Part shown: piece by piece, positions 45,967-56,367 of the stretch
How the letters are laid out: each line of letters starts with the position of its first letter
Position numbering within the stretch: the stretch's first letter is position 1
IMG/VR virus record: IMGVR_UViG_3300019458_000191
Coordinates: 25,914-89,913 of that record
Origin: a virus
Length of the DNA stretch: 64,000 nt
Strand: one strand, 5' to 3'
The notes under the pieces: model-generated
What the model saw: the letters and a program-made list of their open reading frames with translations, nothing else
Told to the model about the DNA's origin: nothing
The model's database searches: none
Translations under genes and position numbers: made by a program

Positions 45967-47448
45967 ATGAAAAAGAAAATTTTGTTACTCTCCGACGATT
46001 TAAGAATGCATTCTGGCGTTGCAACAATGTCCAGAGAATTGGTTTTGGGAACTCTTCATAAATACGATTGGGTTCAAATAGCTGGTGCTATACAACATCC
46101 AGAAAAAGGAAAAATCATTAACATGGATGCTGCATGCGTTCAAATGACGGGAGTAAAAGATGCCAAGTTGGTGTTATATCCTGTCGATGGTTATGGAAAC
46201 GAAGACATTCTTTTTAACATCATCGATAAAGAAAAGCCTGATGCAATCATGCACTTTACCGACCCTCGTTTTTGGGGATGGTTATATGCCATTGAAAGAC
46301 AACTTCGTAGTTTTATTCCATTAACTTATCTAAATATTTGGGATGATATTCCGTATCCAATGTATAATCGGCCGTTCTATGAATCTTGTGATTTGTTAAT
46401 GTCAATCAGTAAACAAACCTATAACATCAATAAACATGTTATGGGAGAAGAAAATTGTTGCACGGTAAATGACACAGAAATGAAAGGAAGAACACTTCTT
46501 CATTATGTTCCACATGGAATTAATGCCAAAACATTTCGTCCTTTTCTAAAAGACGACCAGGTTCTTCTAAAGAAACGAAAAGAACTGTTTGGTGGTAAGG
46601 ATTATGACTTTACGATTTTTTACAATAGCCGAAACGTTCAAAGAAAGCGAACAAGCAACATCTTATTAGCATACAAAACCTTTTGTGATAATCTTCCAAA
46701 AGAAAAAGCTGATAAGTGTGTTTTAGTTCTTCACACCGAACCAAGACAAGATGCAGGAACGGATTTGATTGCTGTTAAGGAAGCATTTTGTCCTGATTAC
46801 GATGTTATATTTTCAACGGCACGATTGACACCGGATGATATGAATTTCATGTATAACATCGCCGATGTAACTATTAATCTTTCATCAAACGAAGGTTTTG
46901 GTCTTTCTACGGCAGAATCATTAATGTCTGGTACGCCAATCATCGTTGCTGTCACCGGAGGTTTACAAGACCAAATCGGACAAGTAAAAGATGATGGTTC
47001 GGAGATTGTGTTTGATAAAAACTTTGGTTCAAATAACTGCGGAAAATATAAGAAACATGGTGTTTGGGTGAAGCCTGTATGGCCAGCTACACGAGTTATT
47101 CAAGGTTCGGTTCCAACTCCATATATTTTCGATGACCTTGCTAAATGGGAAGACGCAGCAGAAGCAATGTTATATTGGTATCTAATGCCTAAAGAAAAAA
47201 GAGTGGCTTGTGGATTAGAAGGAAGACGTTGGTGTTTAAACGAAGGTGGATTGAATGCCGAAAATATGTGTAATCAATTTGTAACTTGTATGGATTACAC
47301 TTTAGAAAAATTCCGACCAGTAAAACAAGTCGGATTATTCACCGATAAAGATTACGTCGGCCATTTGATGCCAGGAAATATGGGATTTGAACTTCCTGTT
47401 TTTGATAAAGAAAAATTAAAACAAGAAGCGGAATCCGTTGTAGTATAA
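45967..47448 (+). CDS. GT4 glycosyltransferase
   Basis: Motifs KILLLSDD....SGV, PHGI, RN..RK and NEGFGL...E....G.P. Confidence 0.9.
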   Translation: MKKKILLLSDDLRMHSGVATMSRELVLGTLHKYDWVQIAGAIQHPEKGKIINMDAACVQMTGVKDAKLVLYPVDGYGNEDILFNIIDKEKPDAIMHFTDPRFWGWLYAIERQLRSFIPLTYLNIWDDIPYPMYNRPFYESCDLLMSISKQTYNINKHVMGEENCCTVNDTEMKGRTLLHYVPHGINAKTFRPFLKDDQVLLKKRKELFGGKDYDFTIFYNSRNVQRKRTSNILLAYKTFCDNLPKEKADKCVLVLHTEPRQDAGTDLIAVKEAFCPDYDVIFSTARLTPDDMNFMYNIADVTINLSSNEGFGLSTAESLMSGTPIIVAVTGGLQDQIGQVKDDGSEIVFDKNFGSNNCGKYKKHGVWVKPVWPATRVIQGSVPTPYIFDDLAKWEDAAEAMLYWYLMPKEKRVACGLEGRRWCLNEGGLNAENMCNQFVTCMDYTLEKFRPVKQVGLFTDKDYVGHLMPGNMGFELPVFDKEKLKQEAESVVV

Positions 47449-47489
47449 TTACTTTACAAAACTGTAGCGTATAAGTTATATTAAGTGTT

Positions 47490-48119
47490 ATGAAAGGCAT
47501 ACCACTCGGAGAAGTAAAATATAAAGTTTCTATAGAATTGACGAGTGGCTATGCAAAAGTTCCGTCACGAGCAAGTAATGGTGCAGCAGGATACGATTTA
47601 TATGCAACGGAGGATACGTTGTTAAATTCAATGGAAAGAAAATTATTAAATACTGGCGTGAAAGTTTCTATACCGAAGGGATTTTATGGAAGACTTGCAC
47701 CCAGAAGTGGTTTAGCACTAAAAAACGGCTTAGATGTGTTAGCCGGGGTTATAGATTCGGATTATACAGGAGAGGTTGGTGTGTTGTTGATCAATCTCTC
47801 CTGTGATCCGATAACAATAAAAACAGGTGATAGAATCGCCCAAATAATTTTTGAAAAGTGTTTCGATGTTGATTTTACCATTGTTGATGAATTACCTAAG
47901 ACGGATAGAGGGACGGATGGATTTGGAAGTACCGGTATTAATGACGAAGAAGTAAAAAATTCAGTCACAAAACGTGATGGTGGATTTAACCATCCACACT
48001 TAAAAAAAGAAGATATAAAAGGTTCTTTATTAGAAAGATTTAATAGAACAAACGTGGATGTTCCTAAACCTGCGAGTTATGAAAAACAGGTTAAAGAACG
48101 AGAACAAGGAATGAAATGA
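47490..48119 (+). CDS. dut: dUTPase (trimeric)
   Basis: Motifs AGYDL, RSGLA, GVIDSDY.GE, GDRIAQ and RG..GFGSTG. Confidence 0.96.
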   Translation: MKGIPLGEVKYKVSIELTSGYAKVPSRASNGAAGYDLYATEDTLLNSMERKLLNTGVKVSIPKGFYGRLAPRSGLALKNGLDVLAGVIDSDYTGEVGVLLINLSCDPITIKTGDRIAQIIFEKCFDVDFTIVDELPKTDRGTDGFGSTGINDEEVKNSVTKRDGGFNHPHLKKEDIKGSLLERFNRTNVDVPKPASYEKQVKEREQGMK

Positions 48120-48343
48120 AAAAAGTTTTACAGCCAGAAGTCAAAGAGATATCAGAATTTCGTTGTGACATTCATAATGATAGAGAAGCTTGTGTTCAAT
48201 TGACTTTGGCCGCTGGTTATGGAAGTAAATATGATTTACAAGAAATAAGATTGGATTTATGCGACGAGTGTGCTGACAATCTTATACACGATTTAAAATT
48301 AAGATTCGGTGACGTAGTTAAATTGAAAGATATTGTATTATGA
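48116..48343 (+). CDS. Small Zn-binding protein
   Basis: CDIH...YGS.YD....DLCDEC. Confidence 0.65.
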   Translation: MKKVLQPEVKEISEFRCDIHNDREACVQLTLAAGYGSKYDLQEIRLDLCDECADNLIHDLKLRFGDVVKLKDIVL

Positions 48344-49668
48344 GTAAACCTATTTGTGTATTTCAAGCTCCACTCTGGACAAGAAGTGGATACGGTGATT
48401 GGGCTATGGCTGTAGCAAAGAGTCTCAACCGATATGATAAATTCGACTTACATTTAATTCCTACTCGTTGGGGTGGATGTAGCAGAAAACATTTATCAAG
48501 TCAAGTGTTAGATAATGAAGAGCTACAGTTATTTAATAAGGTACTAAGAACACAGTTGACTCGTCAACCCGAATTGTATATTCAATGTACAATTCCACCG
48601 GAATTTCAGCCTGTTGGTAAATTCAATATTGGTATGACTGCTGGTATTGAAACTACCGTGGCTCGTGGAGATTGGATTGAAGGATTAAACAGAATGAATA
48701 TGAATATTGTCACTTCCGTTCATTCTAAGAATGTTCTTGAGGGAGCATCTTATACAAAGAATGTTCCTAATCAACCACCCGTTCAACTAAAATCCGTTAA
48801 GCCGATGGAAGTTGTATTTTGGGGTGCTGACACGACAATCTATAAAAAAACTGATGAAAAGGTAGAATCCATTGAATCAACGCTGAATGATATTCCGGAA
48901 GATTTCTGTTTCTTGTTTGTTGGACAATGGACTAGTGCAAATCTCTTTAATGACCGAAAAGACATTGGCAATCTTATCAAAACTTTCAGTGAAACCTTCA
49001 GAAATTGGAAGGGCAGTCAAAAGCCACCAGCACTCATTCTGAAGTCGAGTGGTGCGGCAATTTGTAACGGAGACAAATACGAAATGATTAATAAGTTAAA
49101 GGCTATTCGTCTTCTTATTGCTGGTAGTCCAGAAAAAGTTTCGGAACTTCCTAATGTATATTTGGTTTACGGAGATTTAACCGATAAAGAAATGAATGCT
49201 TTGTATAACCACGATAAGGTCAAAGTTCATGTTTCTTTTACTCACGGAGAAGGATACGGGCATCCTCTTCTTTTGGCATCATTGAGTGGAAAACCACTTA
49301 TGGCTCCAAATTGGAGCGGTCATCTTGACTTTTTGAATCCTAAATATACAAAATTATTGGATGGACAATTGGCTCAACTTCCTCCAGATGCAGTCAACGA
49401 ATGGTTGATTGCAGAATCAGGATGGTTCAATGTAAATTATAGTCAGGCCCAAGATTCATTAAAGAATGCATTCTATCATTACGGTGCATATCTTGAAAAG
49501 GCCGAAAATCTACGTCTCGAAAACAGTGAAAAGTTTTCGATGAAATCAATGGATGTTCTTTTACACGGAGTATTAGACAAATACGTTCCTAAATTTGCTG
49601 TTGAACAAAAATTAGTTCTTCCAAAATTAAAGAAAGTAGAATTGCCTAAATTGGTTAAGAAGGATTAA
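48340..49668 (+). CDS. GT4 glycosyltransferase
   Basis: Motifs P..TRSGYG, FLFVG.W, RKD and GEGYG.P. Confidence 0.88.
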   Translation: MSKPICVFQAPLWTRSGYGDWAMAVAKSLNRYDKFDLHLIPTRWGGCSRKHLSSQVLDNEELQLFNKVLRTQLTRQPELYIQCTIPPEFQPVGKFNIGMTAGIETTVARGDWIEGLNRMNMNIVTSVHSKNVLEGASYTKNVPNQPPVQLKSVKPMEVVFWGADTTIYKKTDEKVESIESTLNDIPEDFCFLFVGQWTSANLFNDRKDIGNLIKTFSETFRNWKGSQKPPALILKSSGAAICNGDKYEMINKLKAIRLLIAGSPEKVSELPNVYLVYGDLTDKEMNALYNHDKVKVHVSFTHGEGYGHPLLLASLSGKPLMAPNWSGHLDFLNPKYTKLLDGQLAQLPPDAVNEWLIAESGWFNVNYSQAQDSLKNAFYHYGAYLEKAENLRLENSEKFSMKSMDVLLHGVLDKYVPKFAVEQKLVLPKLKKVELPKLVKKD

Positions 49669-49669
49669 T

Positions 49670-50011
49670 ATGACTCCGGAAACACAAATATTGTTAAATT
49701 TACACCGATATTTTTTACAAACACGGCAATGTGGTCATACTACCGCTTTAGTTCGTGGTGCTGAGAATGTTGATGCTAAGGTTCTTGTTCATTCTCTGGG
49801 AATGAAAGATATTCTTAAAAAAGTCAGTAAAAATAAAAAAGACTTAGATACTATTACTTTTTCCGACCTTAATAATGGAAGCATACTGGCAGGATTTAAA
49901 AAACCATTGGTAATTGATAATGCTACCATGACCATTTTATTAAAGTATGCTTTGGAAAGAATTGCCCATCTCGAAAAGGAGAATTATGCTCTTAAAGAAA
50001 TGGTCAAATAA
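49670..50011 (+). CDS. Hypothetical protein with degenerate P-loop-like motif
   Basis: RQCGHTT...PLVIDN. Confidence 0.6.
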   Translation: MTPETQILLNLHRYFLQTRQCGHTTALVRGAENVDAKVLVHSLGMKDILKKVSKNKKDLDTITFSDLNNGSILAGFKKPLVIDNATMTILLKYALERIAHLEKENYALKEMVK

Positions 50012-50013
50012 AT

Positions 50014-50694
50014 ATGAAAATAAGTTATTTGGTAACGTGTAAAAATGAAACCACCACCCTTGATGAATTACTAAATTTAGTTTGGGTGGCTGCCTGTTCC
50101 ATGCCTGAGGATGAAGTAGTGATTGTTGATGATTTTTCGGATAATCCAGAAACTCAAAAGATTCTCGATAACTATAAGAGTAAAGAAAGAGTAAGATTAC
50201 TTCAACACCCTCTTAATAATAACTACGGAGAACATAAAAATTGGGGAACACAACAATGTAAGGGTGATTACGTTTTTCAAATTGATGGCGACGAGTTACC
50301 TTCTTCAAATTTAGTCGGCGAAACCCTCCACGAAATAATAAAAAGTAATCCGACCATAGAACTCATTTTTGTTCCAAGAGTTAACGACTTTAATGGTGTT
50401 ACACCATCTCATGCTTCTCAGTGGGGATGGAGAATAACATATTCTAAAGAATCGAACAAACCAATTGTTAATTGGCCAGATTATCAAGGAAGAATATACA
50501 AAAGAGAATATCCAAGAATTCATTGGTTCAAAAGACTACATGAATGCATACAAGGAATGAATGAATATAGCCTTCTTCCATGTGATGATGAATCTTTATC
50601 TTTATTACATCGTAAAACAATAGAGAAACAAATTGCAACAAATTTGGGTTACAACAAAAATTTTACCGAATCTGAAAATAAGGGACAAGGATAA
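50014..50694 (+). CDS. GT2 glycosyltransferase
   Basis: Motifs ISY....KNE, VDD.S, IDGDE and WPDYQ.R. Confidence 0.88.
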   Translation: MKISYLVTCKNETTTLDELLNLVWVAACSMPEDEVVIVDDFSDNPETQKILDNYKSKERVRLLQHPLNNNYGEHKNWGTQQCKGDYVFQIDGDELPSSNLVGETLHEIIKSNPTIELIFVPRVNDFNGVTPSHASQWGWRITYSKESNKPIVNWPDYQGRIYKREYPRIHWFKRLHECIQGMNEYSLLPCDDESLSLLHRKTIEKQIATNLGYNKNFTESENKGQG

Positions 50695-50695
50695 T

Positions 50696-52597
50696 ATGAA
50701 GACTGTTCACAAACCTTGGGGAAGAGAAGAATGGTTAGAATTAAACGACCGTTATTGTTATAAAAGAATATACATTAACGCCGGATATAAAACCAGCTAT
50801 CAATATCATAATTTCAAAAGAGAAACGAATTATATCATTTCTGGAGAAGCTGAAATATGGTTAGAAAATGATAATGGAGTAGTTGAAAAGAAGATAATGA
50901 AGGCAGGAGAATATTTCAATGTCACCCCTCCAAAAAAACATCGAGTCATTGCAATAACCGACATAGTTCTTCAAGAAGTATCAACTCCTGAAGTTGATGA
51001 TGTTATTAGAATCGAAGATGATGCCAAAAGAAAAGACGGAAGAATCGAATCGGAACATAAAACTCCGGCCGTTCTTATTTTATCTGCTGGTTTGGGAACT
51101 AGATTGAAAAAACTTACCGAACATATCAATAAGTCTCTAGTTCCTCTTAACAATAAAGCCGTATTATCACATATCATCGAAAAATTTCCAAAGGAATATG
51201 ATATAGTTATTGCTATTGGTCATAAAGGAGATTTAATAAAGGAGTATTGTAGTTTAGCACACTCAGATCGAAAAATAACTTATGTAGATGTAGATAATTT
51301 TGATGGACCTGGGTCTGGACCCGGACACTCTACATTAAAATGTAAGGATTATTTACAACGACCATTTTACTTAACCACTGCTGATTGTATATTAACCGAT
51401 TCTTTGCCTCACTTGGATGGTAATTGGTTGGGATGTCATCCAACTTCTTATCCTGAAAAATATTCTACTGTTATGGTCGATGAAAATAATGAAGTCGTTT
51501 CATTTGTAAACAAATCAGAACATGGTCATGATTTGGCATTCATTGGATTGGCTGGAATAATGGATTATTCTGTATTTTGGAAATCATTAGAGACACATAT
51601 ACAAAAAGGTGAAGTAGTTTCGGCTTGGTCCGACCCATCGGAATATTCACAATTAAAAGTAAAAACCTTAGAGTGGTTAGATGTAGGTAATTTGGATGAC
51701 TTAGATACAGCGAGAAAGGTATTAAACGAATCTCCATTATCTCTTTCCAAAGATGTAGGAGAATTTACTTATAAAGTAGGTAATAAATTTCTAAAATTTA
51801 ACCATGACCGAAAAATAACTGAAAACAGAACTATCCGTGCAAAACATTTGTTTGGATTGATTCCTTCAGATTTCCGTTCTACGGAGCATTTCATATCTTA
51901 TAATTGGTCCGAAGGGAAGACCTTATATCAATACGATAATGTAGAATTATATCAAAAATTTTTGGTGTGGTTTTCATCAATTGCAAAAGATGCTGTATTA
52001 GAATGTGAATCCATTAAAGAATTTTACATAGACAAAACCAATGATAGAATTAAAAAATTCACACAAAAATACGGAGAAAAATATTATAAAGAATCATTGT
52101 GTATAAATGGAAAACTCTATCCATCTTTAAAATCCTTGTGGGAAGTAAATAAATCGGATTGGTTCATCTTTTCTCGGAGATATAAACAATTTCACGGCGA
52201 CCTACAGTTTGATAATATCATATACAATTCTTCAAAATCATTTAGTTATTTGGATTGGAGAGATTCTTTCGGAAAAAATGTAGATGGTGGAGACGTTTGT
52301 TATGATATAGCTAAACTGTATGGTGGTATGTTAATACCCTATGATAAAATGAAAGATAATAGAAACGTATCTTTAGTAGAAAGTTTCCCGAGTGTCGATT
52401 ATACCATTCTTACGAACGAAAAGTTAATATCAATGTTACCTCAATTTTTTAGTTGGGCATTCGGTCATGGTATAACAAAAGAAGGATTGAATAGATTAAC
52501 TGCAATCATATTCATTAATATGGCTCCACTTCACGATGAAGTATTCGGGAAGGCTTTATGGTGTAAAGGAATACAAATGCTTCATGAAAATAACTAA
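50696..52597 (+). CDS. Cupin / nucleotidyltransferase / APH-choline-kinase-like trifunctional fusion
   Basis: KPWG.E..L cupin; LSAGLGTRL...NK.L; HGDLQFDNI..LDWR...D..YD.AKL. Confidence 0.85.
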   Translation: MKTVHKPWGREEWLELNDRYCYKRIYINAGYKTSYQYHNFKRETNYIISGEAEIWLENDNGVVEKKIMKAGEYFNVTPPKKHRVIAITDIVLQEVSTPEVDDVIRIEDDAKRKDGRIESEHKTPAVLILSAGLGTRLKKLTEHINKSLVPLNNKAVLSHIIEKFPKEYDIVIAIGHKGDLIKEYCSLAHSDRKITYVDVDNFDGPGSGPGHSTLKCKDYLQRPFYLTTADCILTDSLPHLDGNWLGCHPTSYPEKYSTVMVDENNEVVSFVNKSEHGHDLAFIGLAGIMDYSVFWKSLETHIQKGEVVSAWSDPSEYSQLKVKTLEWLDVGNLDDLDTARKVLNESPLSLSKDVGEFTYKVGNKFLKFNHDRKITENRTIRAKHLFGLIPSDFRSTEHFISYNWSEGKTLYQYDNVELYQKFLVWFSSIAKDAVLECESIKEFYIDKTNDRIKKFTQKYGEKYYKESLCINGKLYPSLKSLWEVNKSDWFIFSRRYKQFHGDLQFDNIIYNSSKSFSYLDWRDSFGKNVDGGDVCYDIAKLYGGMLIPYDKMKDNRNVSLVESFPSVDYTILTNEKLISMLPQFFSWAFGHGITKEGLNRLTAIIFINMAPLHDEVFGKALWCKGIQMLHENN

Positions 52598-53222
52598 AGA
52601 CACAAGAATATACTGTTCATTTTCCTTAAAAGCAGGAAATAATGGATGTCATTTCTTTAATTCCCATTTTCAAACCCATAAAATTGATGCAATCTACCGT
52701 TCATTCTCCGTTAATAACATTTATGATGCTTTATTTTCAGCCAAAACACTAAAGTTTTCAGGGTGTGGAATATCAATGCCCTTTAAAATTACGGCATGTG
52801 AATACGTCGATGAATTAAATTGGACGGTAGAACGGTGTGGTGCCCTAAATACGGTCGTATTTGACGATGGAAAATCAATTGGCTACAATACCGATTTTGT
52901 TGCCGCTTATCGGATGTTGGGTATTTATAATCCAGATAATAGAAAAATATATATTCTTGGATCAGGCGGGTTATCAAAAGCATACCAATCTGCGTGTAGA
53001 GACAAAAAAATAGAATTTATTATTTTAAATAGACAAAACATTAATAAAGTGTTTGAGTTAAAGAACGAGATTATCTTTAATTGCACTCCATTGTTTTTGG
53101 ATGTAAAAAATAATGTCTATATCGATTGTTCGGTAGATACAGAAAGAGGACATGAATTCTTTTTATATCAAGCCTGTGAACAATTTAAACTTTATACGGG
53201 ATATGAAATATCAAATACCTAA
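52584..53222 (+). CDS. Shikimate dehydrogenase-like oxidoreductase
   Basis: Motifs SMPFK, GALNTV, GYNTD, ILGSGG, NR, NCTP and QA..QF.LYTG. Confidence 0.85.
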   Translation: MKITKDTRIYCSFSLKAGNNGCHFFNSHFQTHKIDAIYRSFSVNNIYDALFSAKTLKFSGCGISMPFKITACEYVDELNWTVERCGALNTVVFDDGKSIGYNTDFVAAYRMLGIYNPDNRKIYILGSGGLSKAYQSACRDKKIEFIILNRQNINKVFELKNEIIFNCTPLFLDVKNNVYIDCSVDTERGHEFFLYQACEQFKLYTGYEISNT

Positions 53223-54186
53223 ACTTTTCGTCGGACCTGTTTCAAAAAATACCGTCGATTCAGTAATTGAGTATTCTAATGAACATGATGTTCCTCTTGG
53301 TTTAATTCCTTCCCGAAGACAAATTGATTGGAATGGTGGATATGTAAATGGGTGGAACACCGAAACTTTTTGTGAATACGTTCGTGCCAAAACAAAAAAT
53401 GTAATCATTCAACGAGATCACGGTGGTTCCAATCAAGGAATATTAGATGATGACGGTGAAAGGTCTTTTTTGGAAGATAACGTGTTCATGGATATAATCC
53501 ACATAGACCCTTGGAAATTGAATATTAATTTCGATGATGGTATTAGGGAAACAATACATTGGTTAAATAGATTAGATAATCCTAACGTAAAGTTTGAAAT
53601 AGGAACCGAACAATCGATTCGAAAAATGGATATAGAATTGGCTGAAAGGTTTCTAAAAAGAGTGGCAAAATCTACTCCCGGTAGAATTTTTTCTAAGATT
53701 CAATATTTTGTTATTCAATCCGGAACGTCTTTGATGGAAAATTCTCAAACCGGAACATATTGTCCGGACACATTATTAGATTTCGTTGCCCTTTCGAGAA
53801 AAAATCTATTATACACTAAAGAACATAACGGAGATTATATTTCATCCAAGGAAATACGTAATAAATTTAAATTAGGATTGGATTCTATCAATCTCGCTCC
53901 GGAGTTCGGTATGATTGAAACTTCTTGTATTTTAAAGGAATTAGATGAAGAAGGAGAAGAAGATTTACTGAATCATTTTTATTCTATTTGTTATAAATCT
54001 GACACTTGGCGTAAATGGATAGGGAAAGATTTTGATGTAAATGATAAAGAAAGATTGATTAAAATCTGTGGGCACTATTTGTTTTCGACACCTGGATTCG
54101 AAAAAATTAAATACAATATGAGAGATTTGGATAAAGAAATAAAATTCAAAATGAAAGAAAGAATACATGAAATCGTTAAACAATAA
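53203..54186 (+). CDS. GatZ/KbaZ-like TIM-barrel aldolase/epimerase
   Basis: Motifs SRRQID..GGY, RDHGG, IHIDP, EIGTE, KEHN.DY and NLAPEFG. Confidence 0.75.
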   Translation: MKYQIPKLFVGPVSKNTVDSVIEYSNEHDVPLGLIPSRRQIDWNGGYVNGWNTETFCEYVRAKTKNVIIQRDHGGSNQGILDDDGERSFLEDNVFMDIIHIDPWKLNINFDDGIRETIHWLNRLDNPNVKFEIGTEQSIRKMDIELAERFLKRVAKSTPGRIFSKIQYFVIQSGTSLMENSQTGTYCPDTLLDFVALSRKNLLYTKEHNGDYISSKEIRNKFKLGLDSINLAPEFGMIETSCILKELDEEGEEDLLNHFYSICYKSDTWRKWIGKDFDVNDKERLIKICGHYLFSTPGFEKIKYNMRDLDKEIKFKMKERIHEIVKQ

Positions 54187-54559
54187 AGCCAAGACCATCT
54201 TTTGTGATATTGACGGGACAATCCTCAACCATGCAGGAAAAATAGACGACCTTATTTATCAACTTAGAAAGCCAGAATATCAATTGGGTGCTAAACTTTT
54301 AGAAGGAGTGAAGGAACGATTTCAAGAGTGGGAAGAGAGAGGATATAACATTATTCTCACTACCGGCAGGCGAGAGTCTTTAAGAGAAGTGACCGAAAAA
54401 CAATTGTTAAGATTAGGAATCAGTTATGACCAATTAATAATGGGTATTGGCGGAGGTCAACGAGTTCTTATCAATGACTTAAAACCTAACAGTACCGAAC
54501 CTACTGCTATAGCCATTTGTTTGAAACGTGACGGGGGTATGAAGAATGTCAAAATATGA
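54167..54559 (+). CDS. HAD phosphatase (capsule-biosynthesis type)
   Basis: Motifs DIDGT, TTGR and YDQLIMG...G.R.LIND. Confidence 0.85.
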   Translation: MKSLNNKAKTIFCDIDGTILNHAGKIDDLIYQLRKPEYQLGAKLLEGVKERFQEWEERGYNIILTTGRRESLREVTEKQLLRLGISYDQLIMGIGGGQRVLINDLKPNSTEPTAIAICLKRDGGMKNVKI

Positions 54560-55029
54560 TAAAAATGATATCACATAGAGGTAATGTTCATGGTCCTGAC
54601 TTAAACAAAGAAAATCATCCTGATTATATCTTGGAAGCTGTGAAATTGGGATTTGATGTAGAAATAGATGTATGGAGACTTCCTAATGGTAAGTGGTGGC
54701 TCGGGCACGATGAACCACAATACACCGTTACTATGGAATTTTTAAGAAATCCGGTATTTTGGTGTCATGTAAAAAATTCGGATGCATTAAATTATTTTAG
54801 AGAACATAGTAATCACTGCCATTATTTTTGGCACCAATCGGATGATTATGTACTTACATCAAGAGGAATCGTATGGGTTCATTCTAAGAAACATCTTATA
54901 CCAAAATCAGTTTGTGTTTTGCCTGAATTAGGAATACACGGGGATATTCGACAATGTTATGGAGTATGTAGTGACTTCATTGAAAAATACAAATACACTC
55001 TATATGAAACAGCCAATAAAGAAGATTAA
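54556..55029 (+). CDS. GDPD/PLC-like phosphodiesterase
   Basis: Motifs ISHRGN, EN, G.DVEIDV, LGHD, H.KN and GVCSD. Confidence 0.85.
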   Translation: MIKMISHRGNVHGPDLNKENHPDYILEAVKLGFDVEIDVWRLPNGKWWLGHDEPQYTVTMEFLRNPVFWCHVKNSDALNYFREHSNHCHYFWHQSDDYVLTSRGIVWVHSKKHLIPKSVCVLPELGIHGDIRQCYGVCSDFIEKYKYTLYETANKED

Positions 55030-55567
55030 ATTAGTAATATTAGACATAGACGGTGTATTAACGGATGGAACAAAGGTATATGATTTAAACGGGAAAGTCA
55101 TTGGAAAAAGATTCAATGATAAAGATTTCACTGCAATAAAAAGACTGAAAGCATCGGGAGTGAAAGTATGTTTTTTAACTGGAGACTTAAATGTAAACGA
55201 AGAAGTTGCAAAGAAACGGGGCATTGACTTATTCTTTTCAAGAACTGCTGACGGTTCATTAAGTAAAAAATCGTTTTTACCAACTTTATATGAAGTGTAT
55301 GATGCCGACCAGTCTTCTACGGTATATGTGGGCGATGATTTGTTTGATTTAGATATTATCGAAGAACTCACATGGACATACTGCCCAAAAGATGCCATTT
55401 TTGACATTAAAATGAATTGTCATAATGTTTTAAGGGTAAATGGTGGTGAGGGCGTAGTTGCAGACTTATATCTCGAATTAGTTACGAAAGGAATGATAAT
55501 TCCTGCTTCTCTTGAAACTATTATAGAAATAGATAGAATCGAGTCAATGACAGCTTTAAAGAAATGA
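55004..55567 (+). CDS. KdsC-like HAD phosphatase, copy 1
   Basis: Motifs LDIDGVLTDG, F..KD, YVGDD..D and GGEGVV. Confidence 0.88.
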   Translation: MKQPIKKIKLVILDIDGVLTDGTKVYDLNGKVIGKRFNDKDFTAIKRLKASGVKVCFLTGDLNVNEEVAKKRGIDLFFSRTADGSLSKKSFLPTLYEVYDADQSSTVYVGDDLFDLDIIEELTWTYCPKDAIFDIKMNCHNVLRVNGGEGVVADLYLELVTKGMIIPASLETIIEIDRIESMTALKK

Positions 55568-56367
55568 AAGACCTTATTATATATGGTAACTTGATTCGTG
55601 ATAAGATTCATCTTTGTGAAGATGAATTTGTGATGGGTCAACCCAATAATAATTGCCATATAATAGATTCGGTTGGTGGAATAGGCAATCACGTAAAAAC
55701 CATCGAATTAACAGGATTAGATTTATCTTATTCCACAAAGTTCATAATGGGCACCGAATATGATCCCATATCTCAAGCAACGGTGATTGTGGATAAAAAG
55801 GACGGTAAAAAAAGAAAGACGAGTTCGGTAAAATGGGGTGCCGACACGAGATTAAGTGCAGAATACATACAACATGAGTCGGCTCAATGGCATCATATTT
55901 CTTATTTAGATGCTCTTCCGAAAATAACCGTAGAAGATGTTATTCAAATGGGAAATTCTTGTGAATTTGTTTCGGTAGATTTTTGTGGAGCAAATTTTCC
56001 TTATGATGAACGAATTTTTAACTGGTTGGATTTTATCATAACATCCGATACAGAAATAAATAAAATACCTCCACATTTACATCACAAGTGTATAATACAT
56101 TCACCGACTGAAACTATATATTTTGATGAAGTGCATGGATTTCAACATATAAAAAATCCTATTCCCTTCGACGAAGATATTTGTATATTAGGAGCAGGAG
56201 ATGCTTATTGTGTATCTTTTATCTTTCAATTCTTAAAAACGAGGTCTATGAAAGAATCGATAAAATTTGCTCATACAAATGCTTACAAATATTTAGTTTT
56301 AAAATTTCCTAATAATGGTTATGAAGAAAAAATACAACCTCTTAATTCCGATTGCTGGATTAGGTAG
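55564..56367 (+). CDS. PfkB-family carbohydrate kinase
   Basis: Motifs GN...D, GGIGN and GAGDAY. Confidence 0.8.
   Translation: MKDLIIYGNLIRDKIHLCEDEFVMGQPNNNCHIIDSVGGIGNHVKTIELTGLDLSYSTKFIMGTEYDPISQATVIVDKKDGKKRKTSSVKWGADTRLSAEYIQHESAQWHHISYLDALPKITVEDVIQMGNSCEFVSVDFCGANFPYDERIFNWLDFIITSDTEINKIPPHLHHKCIIHSPTETIYFDEVHGFQHIKNPIPFDEDICILGAGDAYCVSFIFQFLKTRSMKESIKFAHTNAYKYLVLKFPNNGYEEKIQPLNSDCWIR

Noticed and set aside
52584-53222. Aromatic amino acid biosynthesis auxiliary gene (aroE)
   Set aside because: No other shikimate-pathway genes are present and the context is glycan synthesis, so the gene symbol was withheld.
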